Part shown: in pieces, positions 6,921 to 10,245 of the stretch
Position numbering within the stretch: position 1 is the first letter of the stretch
How the letters are laid out: each line of letters opens with the position of its first letter
Assembly (NCBI GenBank): GCA_031422435.1
Contig: JANPLU010000083.1
Coordinates: 1 to 10,245 of the forward strand
Length of the DNA stretch: 10,245 nt
Source: Acaryochloridaceae cyanobacterium VAR_48_metabat_390
GTDB taxonomy: Bacteria > Cyanobacteriota > Cyanobacteriia > Thermosynechococcales > Thermosynechococcaceae
Direction: 5' to 3'
Notes under the pieces: model-generated
Database searches by the model: none
Seen by the model: only the letters and a program-made list of their open reading frames with translations
What the model was told of the DNA's origin: nothing
Made by a program: the position numbers and the translations under genes

Positions 6921-7244
6921 CTACTCGATAATTCGGCTGCCTAAGGGAACAGAATACATTGGGTCTACAAAATTACCTGCGTCTTCTTTGCTATCCGTAA
7001 ACGGAATCCAGGTTTCTTCGGCGTAGGCTGTGGTGAGAGAAGGGGGTAGCGTAGCGGAAGAGGCGTGGCCTAAGTAGCCTACGCAGCCCACCATGAGGCT
7101 ATAGGCGGTAATAATGCCAGCGCCTGCCACTGCGACCAAGGCACCTGCAAACATCAAAGAAAATTCACGTTGACGTACTGCTCTCTGCATAAGCCGCAAA
7201 GACCAAAACGTTAAAGCCGATATCGTGAGAATCAAAATAATCAT
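6921..7244 (-). CDS. Small hypothetical membrane protein (2 predicted TM segments)
   Basis: 107-aa ATG-started ORF filling the gap between hisF and DUF3370 on the same strand; hydrophobic MIILILTISALTFWSL and FSLMFAGALVAVAGAGIITAYSLMVG segments, then a polar tail. Confidence 0.7.
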   Translation of the reverse strand: MIILILTISALTFWSLRLMQRAVRQREFSLMFAGALVAVAGAGIITAYSLMVGCVGYLGHASSATLPPSLTTAYAEETWIPFTDSKEDAGNFVDPMYSVPLGSRIIE

Positions 7245-7273
7245 ATCTTTACTTATGTTAACAAAGTAAGGAT
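7245..7273. promoter_or_regulatory. Imperfect 29-nt palindrome abutting the start codon of the small membrane protein gene
   Basis: ATC-t-TTACTT-a-TGTTAACA-AAGTAA-g-GAT: dyad centred on GTTAAC with one bulge and one mismatch, directly adjacent to the ATG at 7244 (-). Confidence 0.45.
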
Positions 7274-7362
7274 GAATCTCACGATTAATGTAAACATCTT
7301 AGGCTTGTTTTCATAATTAGCCAGCAGATTCTTGGAGAACGGGATCTGCGGCTTATCTGGCG

Positions 7363-7384
7363 TTAAAACCCGCGTAGCGGGGCT
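7363..7384 (-). terminator. Probable intrinsic terminator of hisF
   Basis: Minus strand right after the stop reads AGC-CCCGC-TAC-GCGGG-TTTTAA: a 5-bp GC stem, 3-nt loop and T-tract. Confidence 0.6.
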
Positions 7385-8167
7385 TTAGGCTGATGCATCT
7401 GTCATGCGAACGGGCACTTGATGGGCCTGGAGGTGCGTCTTGATTTGACCAATACTGAGCTGACCGTAGTGCAACAGTGATGCGAGGAGTGCCGCCTCTG
7501 CTTTGCCCTCTGTGAGCGCCTCGTGAATGTGGTCGCAGGTGCCTGCACCACCAGAGGCAATGACTGGAATTTCAACCTGCTCGGCGATGGTGCGGGTTAA
7601 CTCTAGGTCATAGCCTGCTTGGGTTCCGTCTGCATCCATGCTGGTAATGAGCAGTTCGCCTGCACCTCGGTGTGCCATTTCTTTCGCCCATGTAACGGCG
7701 TCTAATCCGGTATTCTCGCGGCCTCCTCGCACAAATACGTCCCAGCCTGGATTGCTGAGGTCTGCTCTACGGCGTGCGTCAATGGCGATGACGATACACT
7801 GCGCCCCAAAGCGATCGCTGGCTCGGTTCACAAAGTCAGGATTTTTGACGGCAAAGGAGTTGAGACTCACTTTATCGGCTCCAGCCCTTAGTAATTCTTT
7901 AATCGTTTCTAAGGATTGGATTCCTCCGCCGACCGTCAATGGAATAAACACCTGTTCGGCGGTGCGATAGACCACATCAAAAATAATGCCGCGATCTTCG
8001 TGGGTGGCGGTGATGTCTAAGAACACCAGCTCATCGGCTCCGGCCTGATTATAGATTTGAGCCAGCTCAACAGGATCTCCGGCATCTCTGAGGTTCACGA
8101 AGTTGACCCCTTTGACAACCCGTCCAGCCTTGACATCTAGGCAGGGCAAAATACGTTTGGCTAACAT
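7385..8167 (-). CDS. hisF: Imidazole glycerol phosphate synthase cyclase subunit HisF
   Basis: [68 protein letters not shown] and PVIASGGAG motifs; SD AAGGAG at 8173-8178 (-), 5 nt from the ATG. Confidence 0.98.
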   Translation of the reverse strand: MLAKRILPCLDVKAGRVVKGVNFVNLRDAGDPVELAQIYNQAGADELVFLDITATHEDRGIIFDVVYRTAEQVFIPLTVGGGIQSLETIKELLRAGADKVSLNSFAVKNPDFVNRASDRFGAQCIVIAIDARRRADLSNPGWDVFVRGGRENTGLDAVTWAKEMAHRGAGELLITSMDADGTQAGYDLELTRTIAEQVEIPVIASGGAGTCDHIHEALTEGKAEAALLASLLHYGQLSIGQIKTHLQAHQVPVRMTDASA

Positions 8168-8334
8168 TGAGGCTCCTTGAGGGGTTCTGTTGATTAAGCC
8201 GAGTCAGCGCTGAAAATGCGCGGAATGGCTTATTTTGCCAAGGGTTGGGCTACTCTCTATTCTAAGATGGTGCCATGCCCACAGAGCAATCGTGTTTGTT
8301 CCATCGTCAGTAGAACCGCAGCAGCGTTACTCCA

Positions 8335-9732
8335 ATGCCTTACCCGTCGAATCCGATTGCCATTGTTATTTTGGGCGAAACCAGCGCTGCGATCGCCCGT
8401 CAAATCCAGACTGTTCTCCCCGAGGCTACGGTCTATGGCCTAATTGAGCGCACCCAATCCGCAGATAAAACCTATGCTAATTTTGGCGACACGCTCAGAG
8501 AACTTTTTGCCCAAGGCACCCCTATTGTTGGCATTTGCGCCGCTGGCATCTTAATCCGAACCCTTGCGCCGCTGCTCTCGGACAAACGCGCGGAGCCACC
8601 TGTGATTGCGGTGGCTGAAGATGGAAGTGCCGTGGTGCCCTTGCTGGGTGGGCTGACGGGTGCCAACGATTTGGCAAAGGCGATCGCCGCCGCCCTACAC
8701 ACCCAAGCCGCCATCACCGCCACGGGTCAACTGCGATTCAGTATTGTGCTAGAGTCGCCACCCTCTGGCTACCGATTGGTGAATCCAGAACACGCCAAAG
8801 CATTCACCTCTGACCTAATCGCAGGGGCAACTATCCGGCTCGTAGGGGAAACTCCTCCTTGGCTGAGTCAAAGCAACCTACCCTTCAACCCCGAAGGAAC
8901 CCATTTTATTGAAGTAACAGAACACCCAGTCACGGGCAGCCCCACCCACCTTGTTTATCATCCGGTGTTGACTCAGGGAAAACTCTCGATTATTGGGACG
9001 GGTCCTGGATCTGCCCAGTGGATGTCACCGGAAGTGAAAGGGATTCTTCAATCTGCCACGGATTTAGTGGGCTACAAAACCTATTTAGATTTGGTTGGCG
9101 ATCTCGCCCAGGGCAAGCAAAGACATGAATCTGATAACCGTGTAGAAATTGACCGCGCCCGTCATGCCTTGGCGTTAGCCGCAGCCGGGAAATCGGTAGT
9201 AGTGGTGTCTTCGGGCGACCCTGGCATTTTTGCGATGGCGGCGGCGGTGTTTGAGGTGATTGACCACGACGCTAATCCAGCCTGGAACAATCTTGAGATT
9301 CACATTGCTCCTGGCATTTCGGCGATGCAGGCGGCAGCGGCGGCAGTGGGTGCGCCCCTCGGTCACGACTTTTGCGCCATTTCGCTCTCCGATATCCTCA
9401 AGCCTTGGGAGGTGATTGAGCAACGAATTGCAGCAGCAGCAGCAGCAGATTTTGCGATCGCCTTCTACAACCCCGTCTCAAAACAGCGCACCTGGCAGCT
9501 TACCGCCGCTAAAGAGGTTTTGCTTAGATGGCGATCGCCCGCAACCCCCGTTGTTCTTGCCCGAAATATGGGCAGACCGGGGCAAATGGTTGAGGTCATC
9601 AACCTTGGAGATTTGACGGCTGACCAAGCAGATATGCGAACGGTTTTGATTGTTGGCTCTAGCCAAACTCGAATCGTTAAACAATCAAACGATAAGGTTT
9701 GGGTTTATACACCTCGCAGGTATCAGTCATAG
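8335..9732 (+). CDS. cobJ: Precorrin-3B C17-methyltransferase (CobJ/CbiH) fused to an N-terminal CbiG-like region
   Basis: N-terminal CbiG_N-like segment (GICAAGILIRTLAP..DKRAEPPVIAVAEDG..VVPLLGG..GAN..ITAT). C-terminal tetrapyrrole methylase (IIGTGPG, LVGYKTY, VSSGDPGIFAMA, PGISA, GAPLGHDFCAISLSD..KPW, FYNP.S, DMRT...VG, YTPRRY). Confidence 0.9.
   Translation: MPYPSNPIAIVILGETSAAIARQIQTVLPEATVYGLIERTQSADKTYANFGDTLRELFAQGTPIVGICAAGILIRTLAPLLSDKRAEPPVIAVAEDGSAVVPLLGGLTGANDLAKAIAAALHTQAAITATGQLRFSIVLESPPSGYRLVNPEHAKAFTSDLIAGATIRLVGETPPWLSQSNLPFNPEGTHFIEVTEHPVTGSPTHLVYHPVLTQGKLSIIGTGPGSAQWMSPEVKGILQSATDLVGYKTYLDLVGDLAQGKQRHESDNRVEIDRARHALALAAAGKSVVVVSSGDPGIFAMAAAVFEVIDHDANPAWNNLEIHIAPGISAMQAAAAAVGAPLGHDFCAISLSDILKPWEVIEQRIAAAAAADFAIAFYNPVSKQRTWQLTAAKEVLLRWRSPATPVVLARNMGRPGQMVEVINLGDLTADQADMRTVLIVGSSQTRIVKQSNDKVWVYTPRRYQS
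9430..9447 (+). repeat. (GCA)6 trinucleotide microsatellite within cobJ encoding Ala6
   Basis: GCAGCAGCAGCAGCAGCA in frame (RI-AAAAAA-DF). Confidence 0.8.
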
Positions 9733-9774
9733 TGCGATCTTTACTCAATCAACACAGTAGGAAAAATCATTTTC

Positions 9775-10245
9775 TCACGCTTGTAACCGATGCCAGTCGG
9801 CGCGCACCAGCTTAATTTCATCATAGGAATATTCTTCACCCAGGTGATTGCGGATAACGGTAAGCGAAGCTGCTCCAACCTTGGCGATTGCCTCCCTGAT
9901 TTTCTCCTGACGGCCTATTTCTACGAGCGTTTCTAGCGCAATGGGCTGTCCTTGCTCAATTAGCTCCACGACATGACTCAAAATCGTGTTGGTCTTTAAC
10001 CCTCGCTGACGGGATATCTCAGCAACGCCATATCCTTTTTGCAACAGAGCCAATGTAGTAACAAGGGTTTCTGCTAAGGCAAAGTCATCGCGGTTTGAGA
10101 GTGGCGGCGTTACCCTCTCTGTCTCAGCAGCAGCAATCGGTAGACCCTGTTCTGACCTAAACCCGTGAACTTCGCTTAAAAACTTATCGCCATACTGGAG
10201 CAGCTTACGGCTGCCGACCCCAGATATCGCGGCAAATTCTGCCAG
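9775..10245 (-). CDS. recQ: DNA helicase RecQ, C-terminal part (end of HRDC domain plus C-terminal HTH domain); start lies beyond the window
   Basis: The frame is open to the window edge. My translation from 10245 is LAEFAAISGVGSRKLLQYGDKFLSEV (HRDC signature ISGVG..K...YG..FL), a linker, then TLALLQKGYGVAEISRQRGLKTNTILSHVVELIE...YSYDEIKLVR (RecQ C-terminal HTH). The track's TTG start at 10053 is internal. Confidence 0.88.
   Translation of the reverse strand: MAEFAAISGVGSRKLLQYGDKFLSEVHGFRSEQGLPIAAAETERVTPPLSNRDDFALAETLVTTLALLQKGYGVAEISRQRGLKTNTILSHVVELIEQGQPIALETLVEIGRQEKIREAIAKVGAASLTVIRNHLGEEYSYDEIKLVRADWHRLQA

Larger units (their letters stand above)
586..9538. repeat. HIP1 (GCGATCGC) highly iterated palindrome, 12 dispersed copies
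   Basis: Exact octamers found by eye starting at 586, 961, 1237, 1356, 1793, 3478, 6347, 7811, 8389, 8680, 9454 and 9531. Well under one copy is expected by chance in 10 kb. Confidence 0.93.

Noticed and set aside
7320..7361. GCAGAT...ATCTGC hairpin downstream of hisF resembling the petC leader hairpin
   Set aside because: Only a 6-bp shared arm with different spacing and G-U-dependent extension; too weak to call a repeat family.
8168..8334. Possible cobalamin riboswitch upstream of cobJ
   Set aside because: The 167-bp divergent spacer shows no B12-box or GGGAA...GCCACTG-type core that I can identify; an Rfam cmscan would settle it.
7638..9684. ORFs 7638-7970, 8216-8443, 8235-8447, 8472-8723, 9175-9423, 9416-9616 (poly-Q) and 9478-9684
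   Set aside because: They overlap hisF or cobJ; the poly-Q is just the (GCA)6 tract read in another frame.
9733..9774. Terminator between convergent cobJ and recQ
   Set aside because: Only a weak AT-rich GAAAA/TTTTC dyad; no GC stem with a U-tract.
9775..10053. Stand-alone 92-aa HTH protein as given by the ORF track
   Set aside because: The frame continues without a stop to the window edge and includes an HRDC signature, so it is the tail of recQ.

Overview
This is a cyanobacterial chromosomal segment, judged by the photosynthetic petC/petA genes and 12 exact HIP1 GCGATCGC octamers counted by eye. It is mostly core genome. In order: 3' part of a CHAT-domain (caspase/HetF-like) gene with an apparently degenerate active site and an extra C-terminal helical domain; a convergent membrane protein with a C-terminal ARM/HEAT-like region; tatC; a REP-like palindromic element; a DUF3067-family gene; petC-petA (cytochrome b6f Rieske protein and cytochrome f) with a long structured upstream region and a strong terminator; a DUF3370-family gene; a small membrane protein; hisF; a short CbiG-N/CobJ (CbiH) fusion; and the 3' end of recQ. 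I see no CRISPR array, tRNA/rRNA, transposase, phage gene or clearly new multi-gene system. The best leads are the probable pseudo-protease CHAT fusion, the structured petC leader with a short uORF, the REP-like element, the plastid-type Phe4 in cytochrome f, and a CobJ fusion lacking the CbiG C-terminal domain. All family assignments come from motif recognition by eye, not database searches.
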